Part shown: positions 1 through 9,149 of the stretch, in pieces | Numbering within the stretch: the stretch's first letter is position 1 | Layout of the letters: each line of letters begins with the position of its first letter | Assembly (NCBI RefSeq): GCF_000195855.1 | Contig: NC_002677.1 | Span: 510,001-542,000 of the forward strand | Source of the DNA: Mycobacterium leprae TN | GTDB taxonomy: Bacteria; Actinomycetota; Actinomycetes; Mycobacteriales; Mycobacteriaceae | Direction: 5' to 3' | DNA length: 32,000 nt | Notes under the pieces: model-generated | What the model saw: only the letters and a program-made list of their open reading frames with translations | Told to the model about the DNA's origin: nothing | Database searches by the model: none | Translations under genes and position numbers: made by a program

Positions 1-185
1 AACAATTATCGAGGTGCTAGTTGGTCATAGTGTTAGCTTTTTTGATACGTGCATAAGACCATCCCGTCACACACCTCGTGTAAGCAGTTTCGTGATGTTT
101 GTGAAATGTTTGATTCGTCTGTTGATCGGGTTGTACGAAATGGCCTGAGTGGTCGTCTGCCTCCAAGTCACATTTGCTATGTTAT

Positions 186-220
186 GAGCACGAAGCCCAC
201 ATCTTGTGGGCTTCGTGCTC
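186..220. terminator. Perfect inverted repeat (16-bp arms, 3-nt loop); terminator-like hairpin without U-tract
   Basis: Left arm GAGCACGAAGCCCACA (186-201), loop TCT, right arm TGTGGGCTTCGTGCTC (205-220) are exact reverse complements. Terminator function is inferred. Confidence 0.6.
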
Positions 221-365
221 CAAGCTTTGAGCATGCATCTCAAAACCACTTGCCAAATTGAGTTGCACTTAGGACTCTAAAATGTTTCGTGCGTACATGA
301 TGAACCAGGTTACGTAGATTCGAGTGCTTTTATTATAGCTTTTCACGTCTTTTCGATAGCGGAGA

Positions 366-1090
366 TCAGGTTACGTTTCGGATGCTGTGCCAGTCCACCA
401 GCTTCCAACTGTTAATTGGGCTCCTGGTGATCATCACCCGGCCGATGTTCGGTAAGGGATGGCTGATCAACAGCTTGTCTTTACCGTTCTTCACGTTCAT
501 CAGCGTCCAGACCATGATCGCCGCACCCTATGACCCTATGAGGAGAAACACACTTGCTTGTGGTGGCCGCTGTTTGTAGATTCTCCAAGTGGCGGCACGG
601 AACGCAGAATTGAAATTCTTGCCGTTAGGTCGATCCCGGAATGCCGTTCTGGACATCACTGTTAATATCCAATCTGCCGGCACCAGTAAATACGTTGAGT
701 TTGGTTATTGTCTTGGGTTTTGTCGTTGTACCAGCCGGCGTCGATAAACTGTAGGCTACTTAGGATCTCGACCGGCTTACCGAGCTAGCTGGCCAACGGT
801 GCGGCGGTTTTCTGGGCTTGTTCTTTGCTATCCGGGGTAAGGCTGGGACTGGGTATGTCCGGTGGCGATGACCCTGTTTGCGTTATCCATAGGATTAGGC
901 GTTTCGGATAAAGGTAAACATGATGCTGCGTGCATGTGTTGTTCCGCCGCAGGCTTCGACGATTACCGTTGTGTCCAGCACGGTCGGCATGTTTTCCAGA
1001 TCATGGTGCGGTTGAGTGTGGCAATAGTCTGCTTTGGACTGACCGTGTCAATGTGTTTTGCGATGGTTAGATGCAGAAAAGATGGAGGCT
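366..1090 (-). pseudogene. lpqD: Relic of LpqD-like (Rv3390) lipoprotein, histidine phosphatase family
   Basis: Minus-strand frames give, across frameshifts and stops, 'MFTFIRNA*S', 'GKPVEILSSLQFIDAGWYNDKTQDNN', 'YLLVPADW', 'AAIMVWTLMNVKNGKDKLLISHPLPNIGRVMITRSPINSWKLVDWHSIRNVT*'. This aligns with the recalled LpqD sequence through its C-terminus. Confidence 0.8.
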
Positions 1091-1124
1091 TGAATATTTC
1101 CCTTTAAGGGAGACTCGTATAGCA

Positions 1125-1985
1125 AAAGACCTGCTGCCATCGGCGTGGTGACGGAGCCAATGCTGACCGAACTGACGAACCAAAATACCATAACTGTATG
1201 CTCTCGGCGTCGATGTTGGAATCGAGAATCTGTCCTTCATCACAGATAACAGTCACGACATCACCTCAGCAGGTATTTTCCACCTAATGTTGTGATTTGT
1301 TGTCTGGCGTTCGGGGTGGCGACAAAGATCGGAAAGTTTAACAAATGAGCCTTGCGTCTTACACAGATCACAGGCCATCCGGTTACATACGCCGTTGCCG
1401 GCCGCCGGAAGGCTGTCGGTGGATCACCGTAGGTCGTTGAGCTGCAGGGACAAGGGCGAGGAGCAGGAACCCGATCGTTGTGTTGTGTGGCCGCGATACG
1501 GGCCCGGAATCTGGGATGCTGAATCGCTAATACGCGGACCACGCTGGTCATCTAGGGTTTGGGGGAGTGTTGGGGCAACGGCCGGCGGCACCGGATTTTC
1601 TGGATCGTGAGTGCGACGCTCGAATCGTGCTGTCCACTTGTGAAGATTAGGCGTTGATTTACCTCCTTATCTGATGACCGTAATCCGTTGTTTATAGTGA
1701 TCCGTGGTTTGCCTGAGAGGATTAGCCGGGTTTCTCAAGCCGATCCTGTACGTATTGTCCCGTTACGGTGTACCGGGCCGAGCGTTGGTCGTCGAGTTGG
1801 GTAAAGGTTTGGCGCCTAATATCAGCTCGATTTACCTCACCGGTGTTTCCCGGCGAGACGCTGACCACCTTGATTTGGAGAACCGAGCCAGGGCGGACGG
1901 TGTTTCGTACTGAGGTCGTTGGCTTTGGCGGCGACGAAATGCGGGTGGTGCTGAAAGACGGGGCGGTTGGAGTACCTGCCGGCCT
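1125..1985 (+). pseudogene. htdY: Relic of MaoC-like (R)-hydratase / 3-hydroxyacyl-thioester dehydratase HtdY (Rv3389c)
   Basis: Plus-strand frames: 'GVVTEPML', 'FPPNVVICCLAFGVATKI', 'PAAGRLSV', 'AGFLKPILYVLSRYGVPGRALVVELGKGLAPNIS', 'ARFTSPVFPGETLTTLIWRTEPGRTVFRTEVVGFGGDEMRVVLKDGAV', with several frameshifts and stops. Confidence 0.85.
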
Positions 1986-3273
1986 AGCGTTGAGTGTCAC
2001 TAAGCTGGCGTGCCAACCGTTCGGTGAATTCACTGACGTGCATAGGACTGTCCAACGTGAACAATGCGGCTGTTGCGCGGTTACCGTCTTCAGTGTGTCG
2101 TACCACGATCGGAATACCCCCAACGTCGGTGTGGCGCACTGCGTCGAACGCGTCCTCGTCGGTTATGTCGTCGCCGAGACAGATCGGCATGAGCGAAGCT
2201 GAGCCTACTTGAGTGCCGGCATGGTGCAGGCGATCGATCACCCAATGGAGTGTTTTTCCCTTGTCCCAGTCGATGTCGGGACGCAGCTCGATGACCTCGC
2301 GACCTGTTGTCACCCGAAGTGCGTTGCGCTGGCCTGCTGTGCGCACCGCCACTGCGACCTCGTTGACGCGGTCACGCGCGACGTTACGGTAGTGCACTGC
2401 TACGCCAAAACGCTTGTGTTCCACCATGACTCCCGGAATTGGTCCGAGTTGGTCGCGTAGCTGGGTCGCCGCTTGCTCCAGTATGGGTATCGTCGCTTCC
2501 GCTGCGTCGTTTTGATGATGTGTGCCGTCGGGTGCAGTTGACTCAAAACCATGACTGCCGGAATACCAGATTCCGGGCACGCCGATGCGCTTGATTACAT
2601 CTGCGAGATCGCGACCAGACAGTATGGCCACTGGACAATGTGTGGCCAACTTCTGCAATGCTTCGGTCGCGCCGGGAACGGGTCTGGCCGAGTCGGGATC
2701 ATCGACGATGTCTGACAGTGTGCCGTCGAAGTCGAAGAACACCGCCGGCTGCCGAGCGGTGAGGTCGTCAGTTAAGCCGAGGGTCTGCAGCGCGTCGGGA
2801 AGTTCCGACATCCGGCGGTCCCCGGTTCGGACGATGACCTCACCTAGGTCGGCAACTACCGTGTCGGCGCCGGAGTTACGCAGTGTGTCGCGGTGGCCTG
2901 TCTGATCTTCCCCTATTACTAGGCCGAGCACCAGCGCGAAACCGCCATAGCGTGCGGCCGTTATGCCGGCCGCGTCGACTGCGACGACGACGCACCGGCC
3001 TGGTTGCGCCATTAAGCGGTTGGCCGCGGCGACTAGGATGGTGACTTTTCCGCTAGCTAGGCCGTCAACGTGGACGGGGAACAGATGGTCGAGGCCGGTT
3101 GCAGTCAGCACGCCCTGGCTGTTGCGGTTGGTCGAAAAAACGGCGGTACCCACACCGATCCCCTGAAGTTGCCGGACCAGCGTCACTGTGGAGTCGAGTG
3201 GGGTGTCGGTCACTACGGCGTCGAGGTCGAACAGTGCTGCGCTGTGGCGCCGCGGGTCTATGGTGACCGGCAT
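1984..3273 (-). CDS. otsB2: Trehalose-6-phosphate phosphatase
   Basis: Intact 429-aa ORF with HAD motif 'AVFFDFDGTLSDIVDDPDSARPVPGA', 'PVAILSGRDLADV', 'WYSGSHGFE', 'TGREVIELRPDIDWDKGKTL', 'CLGDDITDEDAF'. Confidence 0.95.
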   Translation of the reverse strand: MPVTIDPRRHSAALFDLDAVVTDTPLDSTVTLVRQLQGIGVGTAVFSTNRNSQGVLTATGLDHLFPVHVDGLASGKVTILVAAANRLMAQPGRCVVVAVDAAGITAARYGGFALVLGLVIGEDQTGHRDTLRNSGADTVVADLGEVIVRTGDRRMSELPDALQTLGLTDDLTARQPAVFFDFDGTLSDIVDDPDSARPVPGATEALQKLATHCPVAILSGRDLADVIKRIGVPGIWYSGSHGFESTAPDGTHHQNDAAEATIPILEQAATQLRDQLGPIPGVMVEHKRFGVAVHYRNVARDRVNEVAVAVRTAGQRNALRVTTGREVIELRPDIDWDKGKTLHWVIDRLHHAGTQVGSASLMPICLGDDITDEDAFDAVRHTDVGGIPIVVRHTEDGNRATAALFTLDSPMHVSEFTERLARQLSDTQR

Positions 3274-3439
3274 TAACTAACCATCTCACGGTGGAAACTG
3301 TGGTCAGCAGGGAGCTCCATGTCCGGTTAGCGACGCGCTCGTGCATAAGGCGTGGAGGCTCGTCTGAACTGGTGCGCTTCGGTGGGGAACACGCCGGATG
3401 ATCATGCATAGCGGTTTTTGGTGAACAGCAGGACGGAGT

Positions 3440-4690
3440 CGTGGCTGAGTGGTGCCAGCTACGCGATCTTCAGCTCAATACCGCTGGTAAGTTGCTTGGC
3501 TATCGGGTGCGATGTCGTAGTCGGTAGTGATGCCGAATACCAGTTCGTCGCCGTAGCGTAACATCGCGACCCTAGTGTTCAGCTTTAGTGCGGTCGGGCG
3601 GGATCGTCCGTACGCGCTCCATCCACTGGCCCATCAGTCGTAACCGATCGGCGGGGCCCGGGCGCGTTGATTGTCAGCGTTGCGATGCCAGGCTTCTGTA
3701 GCCGGTTCAACAGTTGGATCGCATGGGCGCGCAATGCAATTGGGAGGTGATGGATCGCTCTGTTCTGTGCGGCCGTCAACCGGCTGTGCATGGTCTGCAG
3801 GCGCTGAACCGGGTCTTCACGGTTGATGGGGAGATAGGGCAGTTTCTCGCCCTCGGGGGACGAACGCCCCGACATCGACGCCAGTGTTCGTAGCGAGTCC
3901 ACGCGCAGCTGTTGCCTCGGGTGCAGCAGAGCCGTCCGGAATCCTACGGTGATCGCGGCTAATGCAACTGTCATTGCTGTTCACGCCGAACTTGCGGCAT
4001 TATGCTGTAGACGGCGGTGAATCGGAGCGCGCACGGTGCTGATAAAGCCGGACGGTGTCGTCCGTACCCCGGGCCAGATTGTCCCGTTCGCGGTTTCTGC
4101 CTCCTTGGCCATGATCCCGGTGTGAGCTCGCCACAGGGTATCGACCCAGCTCCGCGTATTGCGGTTTGATAGCTAAATCTTTTTTATACCAATTTTTTTT
4201 GGAGAAAATATGGCTGTCGGAGTCGTCGCAAAGTTTGGTCAGGGTGTGGGCTGCAGAGATGTCTTCGGCCATGCAGTGGCGGATCTTCATCAAGATCGCT
4301 CACTATATTGTCCTTTACACCCTCGATGAGCCAAGCATTTCCACCATGGTCAGTCCAGGTCGAGGGGGCGTTCCAAGGCATGGGTGATCGCGTTGAACAG
4401 TTTGGTGTCGTTTCTTGGAGGGCAGAAGAGCAACCTGTCGCAGGTGATCTGGTGAGGTTGAAGTCCCGGATAGTCGGTCATGGTTGTCCAGCGACGTCGA
4501 ACGTATGCGTTTGCAACGTTTGCGTGCATCGCGGTATCGACTGAATCCGTTCTACTCGGAGGGGATCGAGCGCATCGAAGTCAGGAACATCGTCGTCGAC
4601 GATGGCGACAGCTCCGATTTGCTAGGTTTGTCTGCCGAATCTGCATCGTGAGCTTTGAGAAAACTTGCATACCTTTTCTTCAGCCGCGTT
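3440..4690 (-). pseudogene. Relic of WS/DGAT family wax ester synthase/diacylglycerol acyltransferase (Rv3371-like)
   Basis: Minus frames: 'YASFLKAHDADS', 'IGAVAIVDDDVPDFDALDPLL', 'IQSIPRCTQTLQTYAFD', 'WTDHGGNAWLIEGVKDN', 'KIRHCMAEDISAAHTLTKLCDDSD' (equivalent of the HHxxxDG region), 'YLPINREDPVQRLQTMHSRLTAAQNRA', 'LTINAPGPR'. Broken by frameshifts. Confidence 0.8.
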
Positions 4691-4851
4691 ATATATCGTT
4701 ATATGTGCTCTCTTCACAGTAGATTTTCTCCCCGAACCAGTATTCTTTGCTGCACCCCTGTTGTGGTCTGATCCGTAGAGTTAAAAACGTGTTTAAGAGT
4801 TGAAGAGGGGGTTAACAATCGCTTTTCGGTCGGCCGAGTACGGTTATTGTA

Positions 4852-4867
4852 TCGAACATATTCTCGA
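4852..4867 (+). promoter_or_regulatory. Degenerate mycobacterial LexA (SOS) box upstream of the dnaE2 relic
   Basis: TCGAAC-ATAT-TCTCGA against consensus TCGAAC-N4-GTTCGA (10 of 12 specified bases), about 20 bp upstream of the first recognisable dnaE2 codons. Confidence 0.6.
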
Positions 4868-4887
4868 TAAACTGTGTGGCGTAGGTT

Positions 4888-7200
4888 TGGAGCAGCGGGC
4901 CGCCTAAGCTGGGCGTAAATGGAGCGGGAGCTTGACGGCAAGCTACGCTATGTTGACGCGCCGTTGGTGGTCGAGCGCTCCGACGATGTGCCTTGGTCGT
5001 GCAAGCGCGGAGCGTATAGGCCGCTGGATAACGGCAGGATGGTCCGCTCGTCCGTCACGTAACTGTATTCGAGCTGGCTGCGCATTAGGCGTATAGTCGT
5101 CCTCGACGGGGCTAGTAAGCCGGAAGAATCTGGTCGAGGAAGGCCGGCGCGGTTTTGGGTCTGCGCCCGTTGGTGCTGACCCACCACGGCGGCTTGTACG
5201 GTGCAGTAAGTTTCGCCGAGGTGTCCGCCCGAGTGCGGCGTGTGTACCGTGTTCGGCGCCGAATTGTCGCTGTATTCCGGGGTCTGCACCGAAAAGCCGG
5301 ACCCGCCCGGGTCGCACTTGCTGGTTTTATAGCCCGTGGCCCGGAAGGTGACCGAGGATTATTGCGACAGCTGGCAGCGGCGTATGCGGCCTGCGGAGAG
5401 AAGGGTAAACTCCTCTACGGCTTTGATGCGCTGACCGAGTCAGTAGGTGGGTACTGGCACATCTTTATGGGGTGTTGGAAAGAACCATGTACACCAAGCG
5501 TTTTTCCGATGATGGTGTAGACGCAGCGGGATTGGAGTTTGCCGAACTAGTGGACCCGGTTCACCGCCGGCCGGGTAAGCGTTGGGCTGACCCATCTACG
5601 GTCACCTGGCCGACGACGAACGCAACGCGGTGCTAGGGGGTCGCCCTCGCCCCGCTTTTCGGGGTCGACGTCGTTGCCACCACCGAAGCGCATTTAGCTC
5701 ATCCTTCGCGCGCACGGCTGACTATGGCTGCTATCCACACCCGGCAGCCCCTGGATTCTGCTGCGGGCTGGTTGGCTCCGCTGAGGCGGCTCGCCCTCTG
5801 CGGTCCGGTGATGAAGCTAGCTCGGCGGTTCGCTCAACCGCCTGAGGTAGTGACTGCCGTCGCCGAACAGTGTGTGCGTTCGGGCTGACTGCGGCAAGTT
5901 GGTCATGGAAGAAAAGGGTGACCGATACGGACCGCCTGAGCGGGCGCGGCAGGCATACGCCCGATTCAACATGAGCTGCAAGCTATTGTGGAAGTGAGAT
6001 TTTCGGGTTTCTTCCTGGCAGTGGAGATTACCATACGGGTTTTGCCGGGAAAACAACATCTTGTGTCAGAGCAGGGGATCGGCGGCCAAGTCCGAGGTTC
6101 GCTATGCTCTTGGCGTCACCGCTGTCGACCCGGTGGCCAATAAGCTGTTGTTCGAGTCGAACACATGGGCGGGCTGGGTGGTCGGTTCTACGACGGCGTG
6201 TGCAGGCTGCACGGCGCCACCGACGAGGTTAATCGACCGAACCTACGAAAAGCTGGAGGTATCGTCAGTTTCGGCTTTCCCGCAAGTCTTGTGCTGTCCT
6301 TTACGTGCCTGGTGTTGTACTCAACCTTGGTTCAAGCTGCCACGACCCGGCGGCGTTTTGCGCCGCGCTATACTATGTGCAATAGCCGATGGGTTTCTAT
6401 TCATCGCAGTCACTGGTGGCCGATGTGCGCCGGCACGGCGTGGTGGTGCACGGCTCGTGTGTCAATGTCAGTTTCTCGCACGCCACCCTAGAGAACACTT
6501 GTGTGGAAGTTTGCCTCGATCTGGGAGCGGTTCGTTAGATCGGCGACGATCTCGCCGAAAAGCTGGTAGAAGAACGACAAAGCAACGTCCCGTTCTTTTC
6601 TCTGCTGGACTTGGTTGCACGACTGCAGTTGAGCGTGCCGCAGACCGAAGCGCTGAGCTTACTTTGGGATGTCCTGGCAGGAAACGCTGTAGGCGGCCGG
6701 GGTGGTCGCTAGTCAACGGGCGAACAGGCTGCCTGGCGTGGGGGGGAGTCGTCACATATTCCGGTGTTGCCGGGGATGAGCGAGTTGGAGCTGGCTGTCG
6801 CCGATGTGTGGGTCACCGGCATCTCTCCGGATAGTTATTCGACACAACCCTTGCGGGCAGACTTAATTTAGATGCGATGGGGGTGTTGCCCGCCGACGCG
6901 CTAAGAGTGATGTTCGACGGCTGCCGCGTGTTCATCGCCGGTGCGGTGACCCATCGGCGACGGCCCAAGGGGTGACGTCTCGTCTATTAACCTCGAGGAT
7001 GAGGCCGGGGTGGTCAACGTGCTCGGTACGTCCGGGAGGGTGAAGGCGACATCGTAAGCTGTGGTGCACACGGCGCCAGTGCTGCTGATTCGCGGTTAGG
7101 TACAAAATGCCAGCAGCGCAATACACTGTCGTGGCCGAGCATATGGCCCGCATAAGCTTGACGGTCGGCTCGAAGTCGCGAGGTTTCCGCGGAACCTTCG
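4888..7200 (+). pseudogene. dnaE2: Relic of error-prone DNA polymerase III alpha DnaE2
   Basis: Plus frames: 'SGPPKLG', 'MERELDGKLR', 'GLRPLVLTHHGGLYGAVSFAE', 'LLAVWLARGPEG'-like segment, 'EKGKLLYGFDALTESVGGYWHIFMGC', 'CQSRGSAAKSEVRYALGVTAVDPVANKLLFE', 'MGFYSSQSLVADVRRHGVVVHGSCVNVSFSHATLENTCVEVCLDLGAVR', 'IGDDLAEKLVEERQS', 'SSHIPVLPGMSELELAVADVWVTGISPDSYSTQ', 'NLEDEAGVVNVLG', 'VQNASSAI'. Many stops and deletions. Confidence 0.92.
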
Positions 7201-7266
7201 CCGAGCGTATGAAGAATGCCGGCAATCCCCTGCGTGTCGTGTACAGATACGTGCGCTCGCGGCTGG

Positions 7267-7560
7267 GTTAATGTACGTCGACCCACACCTTGGTTGGGCC
7301 GGGTGCTGTATTCAGCCATAACCTCGGTCAAGCCGAACTTCGCGATGTCCTCGCGGTACTTCGTCCAATAGGATTCGTCCTTATGGCATTCGACGTCGGT
7401 GATCACCACTGTGGTGGTATTATCGACGCGATAATGCCTCTGCCATCGCCATTAGTTACAATCTAACTTTCAGGTCCACCATGGGATGCGGCTTCATGAT
7501 GTTATGGGCGGACTCCCACGCCCGCGGTGTGGGGAATACTTATAGTACACCGCCAGGTTG
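7267..7560 (-). pseudogene. Relic of PPOX / F420-binding-type protein (Rv3369-like)
   Basis: Minus-strand segments, read across frameshifts: 'RRIDNTTTVVITDVECHKDESYWTKYREDIAKFGLTEVMAEYSTR' and terminal 'TKVWVDVH*'. The N-terminal part is not recognisable. Confidence 0.6.
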
Positions 7561-7631
7561 GCTATGTCGAAGTAGAACCACAATCAGCCGCGGCACGGGT
7601 TGCTTTGGTTTGGCAACGGTAGTCTTCCCTG

Positions 7632-8276
7632 GTGAATCTAAACTTGTCTGTTGACGAAGTTCTTACCACTACCCGTTCAGTGCGCAAACGGCTCGACTTC
7701 GACAAACCTGTGCCTCGCGACGTGTTGATGGAATGCCTACAGCTAGCGTTGCAGGCACCGACCGGTTCCAATTCGCAGGGCTGGCATTGGGTGTTCGTCG
7801 AGGACGCCGAAAAGCGCAAGGCTATCGGTGACATCTACCTGGTCAATGCCCGGTGCTACCTAAGCCAGCCCGCACCTGAATACCCTGAAGGCGACACGCG
7901 TGGTGAACGGATGAGGCTGGTGCGCGATTCCGCGACTTATCTCGCCGAGCATATGCACGAGGTGCCGGTTCTGTTGATCCCGTGCCTATTGGGTCGGGCG
8001 GAAGAGTCGCCGTTGGGCGCTGTGTCGTACTGGGCATCGTTGTTTCCAGCGGTCTGGAGCTTCTGCCTAGCGCTTCGCTCCCGAGGACTGGGCACGTGCT
8101 GGACCAGCTTGCACTTGCTTGGCGACGGTGAGCAGCGGGCGGCCGAGGTACTAGGCATTCCTTCCGACAAGTACAGCCAGGGCGGGCTGTTTCCCATCGC
8201 CTACACCAAAGGAACCGACTTCCGGCCGGCCAACCGGCTGCCCGCCGAGAACGTCACGCACTGGGACATCTGGTAA
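7632..8276 (+). CDS. Nitroreductase family protein (Rv3368c-like)
   Basis: Intact 214-aa ORF: 'TTTRSVRKRLDFDKPVPRDVLMECLQLALQAPTGSNSQGWHWVFVED', 'RSRGLGTCWTSLHL', 'GLFPIAYTKGTDF'. Confidence 0.92.
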   Translation: MNLNLSVDEVLTTTRSVRKRLDFDKPVPRDVLMECLQLALQAPTGSNSQGWHWVFVEDAEKRKAIGDIYLVNARCYLSQPAPEYPEGDTRGERMRLVRDSATYLAEHMHEVPVLLIPCLLGRAEESPLGAVSYWASLFPAVWSFCLALRSRGLGTCWTSLHLLGDGEQRAAEVLGIPSDKYSQGGLFPIAYTKGTDFRPANRLPAENVTHWDIW

Positions 8277-8413
8277 CCGGGCCCGATCAGCTGTGGATGC
8301 CGGGGCTGTCGTTTGAGCTGTCAGTGTTACCAGTGCTGGTTCCTCCTGCTTTGTCGCTGCTAGAGGTACCATGGTCGCCGCCGGCGCTTCACTCCGCGAG
8401 GTGAGGGCAGGCT

Positions 8414-8878
8414 TTAGACCAACCCGGCATACCCGTGTTGTCGCCACGCTTCGTACACTGCTACCGCCGCGGCGTTGGACAGGTTCAATGAACGCCGGCC
8501 CGACAGCATGGGAATGCGCACCTGCTGAGTGATATGGTCGTCGGCCAGGGTTGCCGCGTCTAGTCCGGTCGGTTCGGGGCCGAACATCAGCACGTCGCCG
8601 GCCTGGTAGCTGACGTCGGTGAACAAGGTGTTCGCGAGGGTGCTGAACGCAAAGACCCGCGCCGGCGATAGCGCGTTCCATGCTTCAGATAGTGAGGTGT
8701 GGACGGTGACCGAAGCCAGGTCGTGATAGTCTAGCCCGGCCCGTCGAAGTTTGGGGTTGGACAGGTCGAAGCCAATCGGCTCGACCAGATGTAGTGCGCA
8801 GCCGGTGACTGCCGCGGTCCGGATGGCGTTGCCCGTGTTTGGCGGAATGCGCGGGGTATAAAACAGCAATCGGAACAT
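8414..8878 (-). CDS. tRNA/rRNA 2'-O-methyltransferase, SpoU/TrmL family (Rv3366-like)
   Basis: 154 aa starting at MFRLLFYTPRIPPNTGNAIRTAAVTG (the listed ORF extends further upstream to 8923). Has 'FGPEPTGLDAATLADD' and 'IPMLSGRRSLNLSNAAAVAVYEAWRQ' SPOUT motifs. Confidence 0.93.
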   Translation of the reverse strand: MFRLLFYTPRIPPNTGNAIRTAAVTGCALHLVEPIGFDLSNPKLRRAGLDYHDLASVTVHTSLSEAWNALSPARVFAFSTLANTLFTDVSYQAGDVLMFGPEPTGLDAATLADDHITQQVRIPMLSGRRSLNLSNAAAVAVYEAWRQHGYAGLV

Positions 8879-9149
8879 CTTGCTGATCATTACGCGTGGT
8901 TTTGTGTGAGGCTTGCGTATCATTGTACCGGAAACTGGTTACATAGGCCGCGAGCCGTCATACTTGTTGAATTGCCAGGCGTTTTCCCGCTCGCGCTTAT
9001 CTGCGTGGCGCGGGGGTCGAATACAGCAGAAAATCCCGCCCTCTCTGGTTTCTCCGAGTGCCAGTAATCGGTGCCACGGCCGGTCGCTTGTCGGCAGCCA
9101 GATGGCTATATTTATATTTTCCCACCCGACCACTGCGGTTGGGGTGGGC

